A DNA stretch of 32,000 nucleotides from Ruminococcus albus 7 = DSM 20455 (GCF_000179635.2 NC_014825.1:300001-332000), one strand, 5' to 3'; shown: positions 15,696 through 24,318, counted from the stretch's first letter. The notes: generated from the sequence alone by a model not told the origin. Numbers and translations: made by a program.

Positions 15696-17304
15696 TCTCT
15701 CCTCAACAAGCCTCTAAAATCCACGGCATACCGGCTGGCGATATGAGAAGCGAATATTTATCACTATTTTCCAGAAGCGTAAAAGCATCGCCGCCAGGCG
15801 GTCGATGTTCATTGCGATGACGCTGAGAACTATCGATGCTCTTGTTGTGTCTTCTCTTTTTGTGAGCAGCAGACCAAGACCGAATTTGCGCTTTGCAAGA
15901 CTGAACTTACGCTCCACTTCGATCCTGTCGGTATTATCTTTATATGCTGCCTTCTTTTCAGCCTTGCTGTCGGCGTCATTCTTCGGTCTTCCGAGTTTTT
16001 TGCCTGAAATACGTATGCCGTGACCGCTGCAAAACGAGATGTTTTCACGGTTGCGATATATCTGATCAACAAGAACTCGCTCCGGATAATGACCTGTGCG
16101 CTGCTTGTAGTTTTCAATTGCTGTTTTCAGAACTGCACTTTCGTTGTAAGCATTAAAGGATAGCTTCTCGATCCTGCACATCCCGGTCTCATCAACTGAC
16201 AGATCGAGCTTAGCTCCAAACTCAACAGGAGATTTTGCTTTACCTCTTACGATCGGTCGGATGTACGGCTGGCTGATGCTGACAATACGGTCTTCAACAG
16301 AATGAGTGTTGCTTTCAAACATATACCGCTGCTGATCGTAAACGGTCATGAGAATATCAAGAAGCTCCTTATCGGAAACGGACAGCACAACGCCGTTGTT
16401 TTCGATAAGATTATCGATATATCCAAGGTCACGGCGAATATATTGAAGCTGCTTTTTGATCGCTTTTCTGATCTTTTTCGCACCGCGCTTTCTGCATTTG
16501 GCAAGTGCAAGATAGTCTTTTCTTGCCTTTTGATGGTACATTCTCGGTCTGTAAAATCCGTATTTATCGGAGACTCTGCACAGCATATCTTCAAGCTTTT
16601 CACGAACTTCATTCAGCAGCTCAATGTCCTGAGGATACTTGATATTCTGCGGCGCACAGGTCGCATCAAGGATCAGTGTGCCAGAGTTTTCAGTTTTTTC
16701 TTCGGAATCATTTGCTGGATCTTGCTGATCGGGCTGACCTCCGTTTCCACTCACGTCATCAGAATCGTCATTGTCTTGCTGCGAGTTGTACTCGATGATC
16801 ATTTCATTGATCTCGTTGAGAACATCCTCCGATAGTCTTTTGCGGAATTCCACGAGAAGCGAAGGTACGAACGGAATCTTATCCTCATATCCGGGCAGCC
16901 CGATGAAATACTGGTAGTACGGGTTCTCTCTGATCTGTTCGACGAGTTCTTCGTCCGGATAATGATATTGCTTCTGTATCAACAGCGAACCGAGTGCCAT
17001 GCGGAGAGGCTTTGCGGGCATACCGGTATGGCTCGGGAACAGCCTGGCATATTCAGCTTCAATTGTTTCCCAAGGGATCATTTCTGCTTTCTTTACCCAG
17101 CGGTTATCCGGGTTCATTTGCAAACCAAGCGGTTGATTGAAATCTGTGAATGAAATCTGTTTTTCTTTCTTGAACTTATACATGGCATCCTCCGAAGTGC
17201 AAGCTTTTTTCTCGTTTTGATTACTTTTTCTTGCACTTCTATTATACCATATTGGGTTGGATTTGTCGATATTTCGTCGCTTTATTGCTGTGTGAGGAGA
17301 GACT
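15694..17304 (-). mobile_element. IS element, IS5/IS1182-type, 1611 bp, with an AATT target duplication
   Basis: The terminal inverted repeat AGTCTCTCCTCA (15694-15705) matches TGAGGAGAGACT (17293-17304), with partial matches further in. AATT lies on both sides (15690-15693 and 17305-17308). A single transposase ORF lies inside. Confidence 0.85.
15714..17183 (-). CDS. IS5/IS1182-family DDE transposase (DUF772 N-terminal domain)
   Basis: 489 aa with GGAGG upstream. It has ..PLRMALGSLLIQKQYHYPDEELVEQIRENPYYQYFIGL.. (DUF772-like), LILDATCAP, VLVDQIYRN, and ERKFSLAKRKFGLGLLLTK..SIVLSVIAMN at the C-terminus. Confidence 0.88.
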   Translation of the reverse strand: MYKFKKEKQISFTDFNQPLGLQMNPDNRWVKKAEMIPWETIEAEYARLFPSHTGMPAKPLRMALGSLLIQKQYHYPDEELVEQIRENPYYQYFIGLPGYEDKIPFVPSLLVEFRKRLSEDVLNEINEMIIEYNSQQDNDDSDDVSGNGGQPDQQDPANDSEEKTENSGTLILDATCAPQNIKYPQDIELLNEVREKLEDMLCRVSDKYGFYRPRMYHQKARKDYLALAKCRKRGAKKIRKAIKKQLQYIRRDLGYIDNLIENNGVVLSVSDKELLDILMTVYDQQRYMFESNTHSVEDRIVSISQPYIRPIVRGKAKSPVEFGAKLDLSVDETGMCRIEKLSFNAYNESAVLKTAIENYKQRTGHYPERVLVDQIYRNRENISFCSGHGIRISGKKLGRPKNDADSKAEKKAAYKDNTDRIEVERKFSLAKRKFGLGLLLTKREDTTRASIVLSVIAMNIDRLAAMLLRFWKIVINIRFSYRQPVCRGF

Positions 17305-17307
17305 AAT

Positions 17308-17505
17308 TATTATGCAATAAAGAACAGCTACATCATGGGTATGCTGTATTCTACCGAAGATTTTTCGGAGAACCATATAGAGCTTCTGCATTTTGAGAAC
17401 GAACGTCAGACTGGCAAAAGCGATATCTACCCTGTTGACACGGATACAGCAGTAAAGCTGCTGGCTAAAGTCGGCATAATGATAGACCTTAAAAAGTACG
17501 GATAA
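17308..17505 (+). pseudogene. 3' fragment (65 codons plus stop) of the IS-interrupted small gene
   Basis: An open frame runs from the duplicated AATT to TAA 17503-17505. It joins in frame with 15525-15693 once the IS and one AATT copy are removed. Confidence 0.7.
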
Positions 17506-17525
17506 TTGTACAGAAAGTGAGAGCC

Positions 17526-18248
17526 ATGAATTTTGAAAACTGTAAGGGTATGTCCGAAGAAGAGATGCAGGAAAAATTCCGCGCCTTTCAGGAAGAACTC
17601 AGCAGCAGGATATCCTGTGCGGACAGCTTCCACCTCAGTGATATAAAGACAGTTGCAGGCATCGACCTTGCTTACTGGCAGAATGAGAACGGTGATGAAC
17701 AGGCAGTATGCTGTATCGTAATAATTGACTTTACAACTCATGAAGTCATAGAAAGACAGCATTTCAGCGGAAAGATAAATGTTCCGTATATGCCGGGATT
17801 CCTGGCTTTCAGGGAACTGCCCCTTATACTCGAAACAGTGAAGCTGCTTGAAAATATCCCCGATATCTATATATTTGACGGCAACGGATATCTTCACCCC
17901 AGACACATGGGCATAGCTTCTCATGCGTCCTTTTATTTGGACAGACCTACTTTCGGTATAGCAAAGACATATTTCCGCGCTGACAAAAAGACCGACTACA
18001 CCGAGCCTTCCCCCGAAAGCGGAAGCTTCACCGATATCGTGATAGGCGGCGAGGTCTATGGCAGAGCCCTGAGGACACATACTGGTGTAAGACCTGTTTT
18101 CGTATCCGTCGGCAACAATATCTCCCTTGATACCGCCTGCAATATTGCACTGACCCTGACGGATAAGGAGAGCCATATACCCATACCCACAAGGCTTGCC
18201 GACCTTGATACCCATGTGATGCGCGAAAAGCTTAGATCACAAAACTGA
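17526..18248 (+). CDS. nfi: endonuclease V (deoxyinosine 3' endonuclease)
   Basis: VAGIDLAY, YMPGFLAFRELP, FDGNGYLHPRHMGIASH and GIAK motifs are present. The start is ATG 17526 or GTG 17517. Confidence 0.88.
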   Translation: MNFENCKGMSEEEMQEKFRAFQEELSSRISCADSFHLSDIKTVAGIDLAYWQNENGDEQAVCCIVIIDFTTHEVIERQHFSGKINVPYMPGFLAFRELPLILETVKLLENIPDIYIFDGNGYLHPRHMGIASHASFYLDRPTFGIAKTYFRADKKTDYTEPSPESGSFTDIVIGGEVYGRALRTHTGVRPVFVSVGNNISLDTACNIALTLTDKESHIPIPTRLADLDTHVMREKLRSQN

Positions 18249-18256
18249 ATAAGAGC

Positions 18257-18300
18257 AAAAAAAAGCTGAGGACGTTTATTGAAACGCGCTCAGCTTTTTA
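18257..18300. terminator. bidirectional terminator between nfi and the LacI-family gene
   Basis: AGCTGAG (18264-18270) pairs with CTCAGCT (18289-18295), flanked by an A-run and a T-run. Confidence 0.6.
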
Positions 18301-18328
18301 TTTCATTAGCTATATGATCCCGAAATGG

Positions 18329-19324
18329 TCAGTCCCCTGTGGAAGCCCTCAGTATCACCTTGTGATCCACAGTGTAATATTTATTGTCCTTATGTGAAGA
18401 ACGGATATTCTCTATCAGCTTGGCGATGACCATTTCACCCATTTTGAAGCAGGGCTGCTCAACAGTTGATACCGTAGGCAGCATCATCTCGCACATGGAG
18501 ATATTATCAAAGCCCATAACGGAAATATCCTTGCCTGCTGTGATGCCAAGCTCAGCCCCGCGGTGTATCACCGCTATAGCAAGCAGGTCGGAAACACAGA
18601 ACACAGCATCGGGACGTTTATCCAGCTTAGCGAAATAGTCCATAGCATCAAGTCCGCAGTTATACTCATAGCTGTCACGGTAAACAAGCTCCTCACGGTA
18701 GGGTATGCCTGCCTTTTCAAGTGCCATCTTATAGCCGTTCTCACGGGCGGTAGAAGATATCGCCTCAGAATTTGTACCTACAAAAGCTATATCCTTATGA
18801 CCCTTGCTGATAAGTGTGGTCACAGCATCAAAAGCCGCACTCTCATCATCAACGGCAACCGTCAGCACATCGGCACCCGGTACACCCTCACAGCACAGGG
18901 CGATATCGTAATTCTGCGCCAGATGATTCAGCGACTCGGCATCATACATCGTGCCCAGCAGCACTACACCATCGACAGTCCTGTTGAAAAGCATATTCAT
19001 CTGCCTTGCCTCAGCAGTGGCAGTATTATCAGATACAGCAGTGATAACATCATAGCCGAGCTTTGAAGCGTACCGCTGCATACCTGTAACTATCTTTGAA
19101 TACAGTGAATGCTCTGAGGTGGGCATTATACAAAGTATAACATTGGTCTCACATTTTCTCAGGTTCCTGCCAAGAAAATTAGGTGAATATTTCAGCTTGC
19201 GTATGGCATCGTTGACCTTTTCGGTTGAATCTTCGGAAACATTACAGCTCCCGTTGAGTACTCTTGATACAGTAGCTACCGATACTCCCGCTTCCCTTGC
19301 AACGTCCTTTATAGTAGCGCTCAT
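18329..19324 (-). CDS. LacI/GalR-family transcriptional regulator
   Basis: The N-terminus MSATIKDVAREAGVSVATVSRVLNG is a helix-turn-helix, followed by a periplasmic-binding-protein-like sugar-binding core. Confidence 0.9.
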   Translation of the reverse strand: MSATIKDVAREAGVSVATVSRVLNGSCNVSEDSTEKVNDAIRKLKYSPNFLGRNLRKCETNVILCIMPTSEHSLYSKIVTGMQRYASKLGYDVITAVSDNTATAEARQMNMLFNRTVDGVVLLGTMYDAESLNHLAQNYDIALCCEGVPGADVLTVAVDDESAAFDAVTTLISKGHKDIAFVGTNSEAISSTARENGYKMALEKAGIPYREELVYRDSYEYNCGLDAMDYFAKLDKRPDAVFCVSDLLAIAVIHRGAELGITAGKDISVMGFDNISMCEMMLPTVSTVEQPCFKMGEMVIAKLIENIRSSHKDNKYYTVDHKVILRASTGD

Positions 19325-19357
19325 ACCACACTCTCCTTTCGTGGTTATCTTTTTATT

Positions 19358-19386
19358 ATTATAGCATATTTTTCTTTGATTGTAAA
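19358..19386 (-). promoter_or_regulatory. sigma-A promoter for the LacI-family gene
   Basis: Minus strand reads TTTACA (19386-19381), a 17-nt spacer, then TATAAT (19363-19358). Confidence 0.45.
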
Positions 19387-19407
19387 GACATCGTGAAACA
19401 AAATTTG

Positions 19408-20094
19408 TTATATCTGCATAAATTCCGGTACAGGTTCAGGGTAATCCACAGCCTTTTCCACCACCATTTTAGTAAGGGCTTTTTCCGCGATGCTCTTGGG
19501 ATCACTGTCAGGGCGCACCCAGTCGCGGAGATCTTCCTTCCTGAAAATAAGGGGCATACGATCATGAATATCCCGCACAGGTGCACAAGCCTCTCTCGTC
19601 AGCACCGCAAAAACGGGTACCTTAACGCCCCTGTGCTCCTCAAATCGGTACAGCCCTGCCAGATAGGTTATCTCAGCACCCTCGGGCTGTATGGCATACT
19701 TCACCTTTTTTATGTTATTCTGCCCGGCGATGGGACGATAACCGTTTTCCATAGGTGGTATTCCCCATTCGTAGTACCATGAGGCAGGTATTATGCATCT
19801 GCGCCTGAACCAGGAATCCTTCCATACACTCTTCAGTTCTGCTGTTTCAACCCGACAGTTTATAAGCGGCTTGGGTGAGGAATCATGTGTGAATCCCCAT
19901 ATCATCGGGTACACAGCCATATCCCCGCGCTTGTTCGGTGCAAACACCGCCGCCATATCCGTGGGACGTATATTCCCGGACATCGCCAGAGGTCGTGCCA
20001 GATTGATCATTATGGTCTGCGCAAGCGGATTCTTCTGCGCCTTGGATATTATCGGTGAAAGCGCCGTCTTTTCAGCATAGAACCATGTGCACAT
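19408..20094 (-). CDS. SOS-response-associated peptidase (SRAP/DUF159, abasic-site processing protein)
   Basis: ORF is trimmed to ATG 20094, which follows GGGGGGA. The N-terminus MCTWF keeps Cys2. It has ..INCRVETAELKSVWKDSWFRRRCIIPASWYYEW.. and ..IHDRMPLIF.. Confidence 0.85.
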   Translation of the reverse strand: MCTWFYAEKTALSPIISKAQKNPLAQTIMINLARPLAMSGNIRPTDMAAVFAPNKRGDMAVYPMIWGFTHDSSPKPLINCRVETAELKSVWKDSWFRRRCIIPASWYYEWGIPPMENGYRPIAGQNNIKKVKYAIQPEGAEITYLAGLYRFEEHRGVKVPVFAVLTREACAPVRDIHDRMPLIFRKEDLRDWVRPDSDPKSIAEKALTKMVVEKAVDYPEPVPEFMQI

Positions 20095-20127
20095 GATATC
20101 CCCCCTGTCTGACTGATCGTTATATTT

Positions 20128-20156
20128 ATTATACCACATATATTAATATTTTTCAA
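20128..20156 (-). promoter_or_regulatory. sigma-A promoter (extended -10) for the SRAP gene
   Basis: Minus strand reads TTGAAA (20156-20151), a 17-nt spacer ending in TGG, then TATAAT (20133-20128). Confidence 0.45.
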
Positions 20157-20177
20157 TCGGCTTTACAAAAAAATATA

Positions 20178-20313
20178 TGGTTATCCCGCTGACACCCACA
20201 ATTGATCGGTGTTATATCGGAACTTGAAATATTTGGCGGGAGGGAAGGATACCTACGACACTATTTTCCCTTGTTATATAGCACTTTGTATTGGTGTGCT
20301 AAAGGGATAACCA
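20178..20313 (+). mobile_element. MITE-like element, copy A (136 bp), with imperfect terminal inverted repeats and TA flanks
   Basis: It starts TGGTTATCCCGCTGACACC (20178..) and ends ..GGTGTGCTAAAGGGATAACCA (..20313). TA lies on both flanks (20176-20177 and 20314-20315). There is no ORF, and a homologous copy lies at 27304-27460. Confidence 0.7.
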
Positions 20314-20437
20314 TAAAAATATGGTCTACCCGACAACATCATACCGTTCGGGTATCATCAATTATATAATTAAAACAAAAATTCCAAGTCTTATGTGACA
20401 GCATACCGCTATATAGTTGAAATTTATGAGACATCTA

Positions 20438-20466
20438 TTTACAAAACGTCAATATTATGGTAAAAT
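20438..20466 (+). promoter_or_regulatory. sigma-A promoter (extended -10) for the C11-LRR lipoprotein gene
   Basis: TTTACA (20438-20443), a 17-nt spacer ending in TGG, then TAAAAT (20461-20466). Confidence 0.45.
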
Positions 20467-20501
20467 ATCTGATGGTGAAGTTTATCAAATAATTTAAGAT
20501 T

Positions 20502-20533
20502 TTCGGACATCGCATATACAGAAAATGTCCGAA
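20502..20533 (+). promoter_or_regulatory. 5'-UTR stem-loop upstream of the C11-LRR gene RBS
   Basis: TTCGGACAT (20502-20510) pairs with ATGTCCGAA (20525-20533) as a perfect 9-bp stem with a 14-nt loop. No T-run follows. Confidence 0.5.
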
Positions 20534-20551
20534 TGAAACAACAGGAGGGTC

Positions 20552-23500
20552 ATGATGAAAAGCAAAAGAATAGTCAGTGCCATAACAGCACTGATGCTCA
20601 CAGCCTCACTTATGGCAGGCTGCAGCGACAGAGCTGCGGACGAAAGTTCACAGGCAGCAGATACAGCTTCGTCAGCTGCACCGTCGGGTAACAAGGACAC
20701 TGATAGTGATACCACAGGAGATGAAACAACGTCCGACAGTGAGACTACCGACAGCGAAACGACAGACGATGAAAACGGTTTGAATGTTATAGACCTATCA
20801 GGTGAAGGCACCATAGCTGACAACATAAGACTGACTTCCCTTTCCGCTGTTGAAAGAGGTGCATTCAGAGAAACACCTTCAACAAGGATAAACGTAGGTA
20901 CCTCAGCCAAGGCAAGAAAATGGTCCGATAAAAAGAAAGAGGAAAAGAAAAAGCTGACACTGATGGTATACATGGTCGGTTCTGACCTGGAAAGCAAACA
21001 GGCGCAGAAAGCCGCTACCATAGATATCGGTGAGATGATATACAGCGGTCTTGATGACAAGGATGTAAACCTTGTGATATACTGCGGCGGTGCACAGACA
21101 TGGTGGATACCCGGATATCCGGCAGGCAAGAATGCTTATATAGAGTACAAGTCCAAGGACTCCGATATACAGGGCGACAACGGTGCAGGTATAAATATCT
21201 ATGAGACAGATAAAAAGAATATGGGCAAGGCTGATACCTTCGGCGCATTCCTCAAAGATGTTCCCGAGAAATATCCTGCAGATGACTATGCACTGATATG
21301 CTGGGACCACGGCGGCGGACCGGTGCTTGGCTACGGCAGCGACGAACTGAACGTTGACAGCAAGACGAAACTTGGTGACAGCCTTACCATAGCTGAGATG
21401 AAGGACGCACTTGACAAATCCGATTTCAAGAAAAACAAGCTGAAATTCGTGGGCTTTGATGCCTGTGTAATGTCATCGATCGAGATAGCTGACCTCTGGC
21501 AGGACTATGCTGAATACCTTGTGGCTTCTGCAGATTCCGAACCTGGCTGCGGCTGGAACTATGAGTTCCTCAAGGATGTAAAGGGCGATACCGATACCAC
21601 CAAGATATGCAAGGGCATAATAAAGACCTACTTCGATTATCTTTCCAAGATCAGTTCAAGCTGCTATATCTCCGATGCCACCCTCGCAGCCTTTGACCTT
21701 TCAAAGACTGACAGCGTAAAGGAAGCTGTCGGCGGTGTATGCAAGGCAATGAACGATGACCTGAAGAACGGTGACAAGAAGTCATACGAGAAGTTCCTTG
21801 ACGGTGTACACAGCTACGCAAGCTTTGACCTGGCTGACCTGGGTACTATGGTAACTTCCCTTTCGGGCTCTTATGCTGATGAAACAAAGGAGCTGAAAAG
21901 TGCCATAAACGATATGGTGATAGACGGCACTACCACTATCAGCAACACCTGCGGAATGTCAGTATATTTCCCGCTTTCAAACAGCACCGCAGATCTGGAG
22001 ACCAGCCTTATAATACTGAAGATCCTGGGCGGCGGCGACTACATAAAGAACGATCCGCTCAACTCAGATTACCATGCACTGATGAGTACTCTGCTGAGCA
22101 ATACTGATGTAGATGTGGGAACACCTTCATCAAAGCCAGACAGCAGTTCCTCAAAGAAGGATGAAAAATCATCCTCAAAGGCTGAGTCAAGCTCCTCAAA
22201 GAAGGACGAAAAATCATCCTCAAAGGCTGAGTCAAGCTCCTCAAAGAAGGACGAAAAATCATCTTCAAAGGCTGAGTCAAGCTCCTCAAAGAAGGACGAA
22301 AAATCATCCTCAAAGGCTGAGTCAAGTTCCTCAAAGAAGGATGAAAAGTCGTCCTCAAAGGCTGAGTCAAGTTCCTCAAAGAAGGATGAAAGCTCATCAA
22401 AGCCCGATAACAACGGAAACTCATCTGCATCGGCATCCGCACTCGATAAGCTGGATCTGACAGTGGTTGAAAAGGGTGCAAAGTCCTCCGATAAGGAATT
22501 CAAGGACGACGGCTGTGCCTACTCAAAACTGCCCAAGGAAGAACTTGCCAATATCCGCGGCGTTTACTACACAGTACTCAAAAACGTGTCCATGGACGAA
22601 AAGAAAAAGAGCTGGGCACCTTATGTACTTTATATACCTGCCGAGGTGGATAACAAAGGCATAGCAAAAATGGATCTCGACCCGACCATCATCGGCGTTG
22701 TTACCGATAAGGATGCAGAGCCTAATATCTGTCTTACCAAGTATCTGGGTGACGGAAATTACCGTTCATCCGGTACACTCAGTTCTACCCGTGATCTTGC
22801 CGATGAGTATCTCAGAGTAAATATACAGTCTCACGTTGACGAAAAAGGCAATTCAGCTATCACAGGCGTTACCTCAAATCAGAACACAGACAGCGGCGTA
22901 CCTATAGCTTCCAAGGACGATATCGACCTTAACGAGTGGCTGTCATTCAGTTCACCTGTCACAGGCTATGCACCCGATCCCAAGAACCCCCGCAAGCATT
23001 TCAGCGAGGGTACTGCCGATACGCTCGGCGCTGCATTCAGCCTTCTTGGCGATAACTTCGATGTCAAAGCCTGCAAGCCCTCTGATATACCGGGCGAATA
23101 CGCAATACAGATGAGCGTGTTCACCATCGACGGCAAAGAGTACTGCAGCAACATCGGCAGCTGGAACATAAAGGACGGAAACACTGAAAAGCTGAAAGAA
23201 GCAAAGGTGGATAAGGGCGTACTTAAATTTGCCGTACACGATGACTACGCTGAACTTGTAAAGTTCGAGAAATCAGGAAAGGAGGAGCCCAAAAAGCTCA
23301 CCGTTCCCGACAAGTTTGAAGGCAAGAAGGTAACAACTGTCCGCGACGGTGCGTTCTCAGGCACAAGCCCCGAGGAGATAGTATTCCCCGACAGCGTTGA
23401 GTACATAGGCTATCTTTCTTCGGGTTCTTCCGCAACAAAGAAAGTAACTCTCCCCAAAAAGCTCAAGAGCATACCCGATGAGATGTTCAGCTATTATACT

Positions 23501-24178
23501 GAACTTGAAAGTATCGAGATACCGTCCACAGTAGAGAGCATCGGCGCTTTCGCTTTTGAAAACTCAGGTCTGAAGGAAATAACTATACCAAAGGGCGTAA
23601 CCTATATCGGTGACGGTGCATTCAAGGAGTGCGGTTCGCTCGACAAGATAACCATTGAAAGCGGCTCCAAGAACTACATCGCAGAGGATAATGTTCTCTA
23701 CACCGCAGGCAAGAAAAAGCTGCTGGCATTTACAGGACGTAAACACAAGGAATTCACTGTACCCGAGGGCGTCACCGAGATAAACAGATATGCCTTTGCA
23801 GGCAGCTTTGAACAGGGGCTGTCCTTCGGAAATGTCAGCGGAGATTCTGACGGTCTTACAAAGATCAGTTTCCCCAAGACCCTTGTAAAGATAGGTGACT
23901 TTGCTTTTGAAGGCTGCACAGGCTTCAGCGAGATCATTCTCCCCGACAGCCTTGAATACCTGGGTACAGGCGCATTCGGTCATGCTTTCATACAGTCATC
24001 GGAGACCGAACTGGCTGTGCTGAAACTTGGTCCCAATTTAAAGAGGATACGTTCTTTTGCAATCTCGGGCTACAAGATCAAAAAGTTAGAGGTAGACAAA
24101 AAGAACACCTGCTTCAGGACCGACGGCAAGAAACTTACAAGTATCGACGGATCGGTGGAAATAAAGCTCACCAAATAA
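20552..24178 (+). CDS. secreted lipoprotein: clostripain-family (C11) cysteine peptidase, Ser/Lys-rich tandem-repeat linker and C-terminal BspA-type leucine-rich repeats
   Basis: It has a signal peptide with the lipobox LMAGC (Cys24). C11-like blocks are LTLMVYMVGSDLE, ICWDHGGG (His codon 21308-21310) and FVGFDACVMSS (Cys codon 21464-21466). The unit (SSSKKDEKSSSKAES) repeats about 5 times. The C-terminal repeats are of the IP..V..IG..AF..C..L type. The start is ATG 20552 or 20555, after GGAGGG. Confidence 0.85.
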   Translation: MMKSKRIVSAITALMLTASLMAGCSDRAADESSQAADTASSAAPSGNKDTDSDTTGDETTSDSETTDSETTDDENGLNVIDLSGEGTIADNIRLTSLSAVERGAFRETPSTRINVGTSAKARKWSDKKKEEKKKLTLMVYMVGSDLESKQAQKAATIDIGEMIYSGLDDKDVNLVIYCGGAQTWWIPGYPAGKNAYIEYKSKDSDIQGDNGAGINIYETDKKNMGKADTFGAFLKDVPEKYPADDYALICWDHGGGPVLGYGSDELNVDSKTKLGDSLTIAEMKDALDKSDFKKNKLKFVGFDACVMSSIEIADLWQDYAEYLVASADSEPGCGWNYEFLKDVKGDTDTTKICKGIIKTYFDYLSKISSSCYISDATLAAFDLSKTDSVKEAVGGVCKAMNDDLKNGDKKSYEKFLDGVHSYASFDLADLGTMVTSLSGSYADETKELKSAINDMVIDGTTTISNTCGMSVYFPLSNSTADLETSLIILKILGGGDYIKNDPLNSDYHALMSTLLSNTDVDVGTPSSKPDSSSSKKDEKSSSKAESSSSKKDEKSSSKAESSSSKKDEKSSSKAESSSSKKDEKSSSKAESSSSKKDEKSSSKAESSSSKKDESSSKPDNNGNSSASASALDKLDLTVVEKGAKSSDKEFKDDGCAYSKLPKEELANIRGVYYTVLKNVSMDEKKKSWAPYVLYIPAEVDNKGIAKMDLDPTIIGVVTDKDAEPNICLTKYLGDGNYRSSGTLSSTRDLADEYLRVNIQSHVDEKGNSAITGVTSNQNTDSGVPIASKDDIDLNEWLSFSSPVTGYAPDPKNPRKHFSEGTADTLGAAFSLLGDNFDVKACKPSDIPGEYAIQMSVFTIDGKEYCSNIGSWNIKDGNTEKLKEAKVDKGVLKFAVHDDYAELVKFEKSGKEEPKKLTVPDKFEGKKVTTVRDGAFSGTSPEEIVFPDSVEYIGYLSSGSSATKKVTLPKKLKSIPDEMFSYYTELESIEIPSTVESIGAFAFENSGLKEITIPKGVTYIGDGAFKECGSLDKITIESGSKNYIAEDNVLYTAGKKKLLAFTGRKHKEFTVPEGVTEINRYAFAGSFEQGLSFGNVSGDSDGLTKISFPKTLVKIGDFAFEGCTGFSEIILPDSLEYLGTGAFGHAFIQSSETELAVLKLGPNLKRIRSFAISGYKIKKLEVDKKNTCFRTDGKKLTSIDGSVEIKLTK
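22145..22391 (+). repeat. 45-bp in-frame tandem repeat, about 5.5 near-identical copies
   Basis: Units start at 22145, 22190, 22235, 22280, 22325 and 22370. They differ only at a few synonymous positions. Confidence 0.95.
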
Positions 24179-24195
24179 CGATAAACAGCGTAACA

Positions 24196-24230
24196 GGGCT
24201 CATGCAGCAGCATGAGCCCCTCTGTTTTAT
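24196..24230 (+). terminator. intrinsic terminator of the C11-LRR gene
   Basis: GGGCTCATGC (24196-24205) pairs with GCATGAGCCC (24210-24219), followed by CTCTGTTTTA. Confidence 0.7.
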
Positions 24231-24243
24231 GTAGTTAAAAGTC

Positions 24244-24272
24244 TTGACAATATCGCTTTAGTGTGGTATAAT
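24244..24272 (+). promoter_or_regulatory. sigma-A promoter (extended -10) for the trpB2-like gene
   Basis: TTGACA (24244-24249), a 17-nt spacer ending in TGG, then TATAAT (24267-24272). Confidence 0.6.
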
Positions 24273-24318
24273 ATTAATACTTTATAGTTTTTTAGCAACG
24301 AAAGGAGTTTTTTGTATA

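Noticed and set aside
19381-19409. LacI-type operator candidates: TGTAAAGACATCGTGAAACA and the AT-only near-palindrome AACAAAATTTGTT.
   Set aside because: The first is palindromic only at its outer three bases. The second is an AT-only sequence overlapping the SRAP stop codon, which is too weak to call a binding site.
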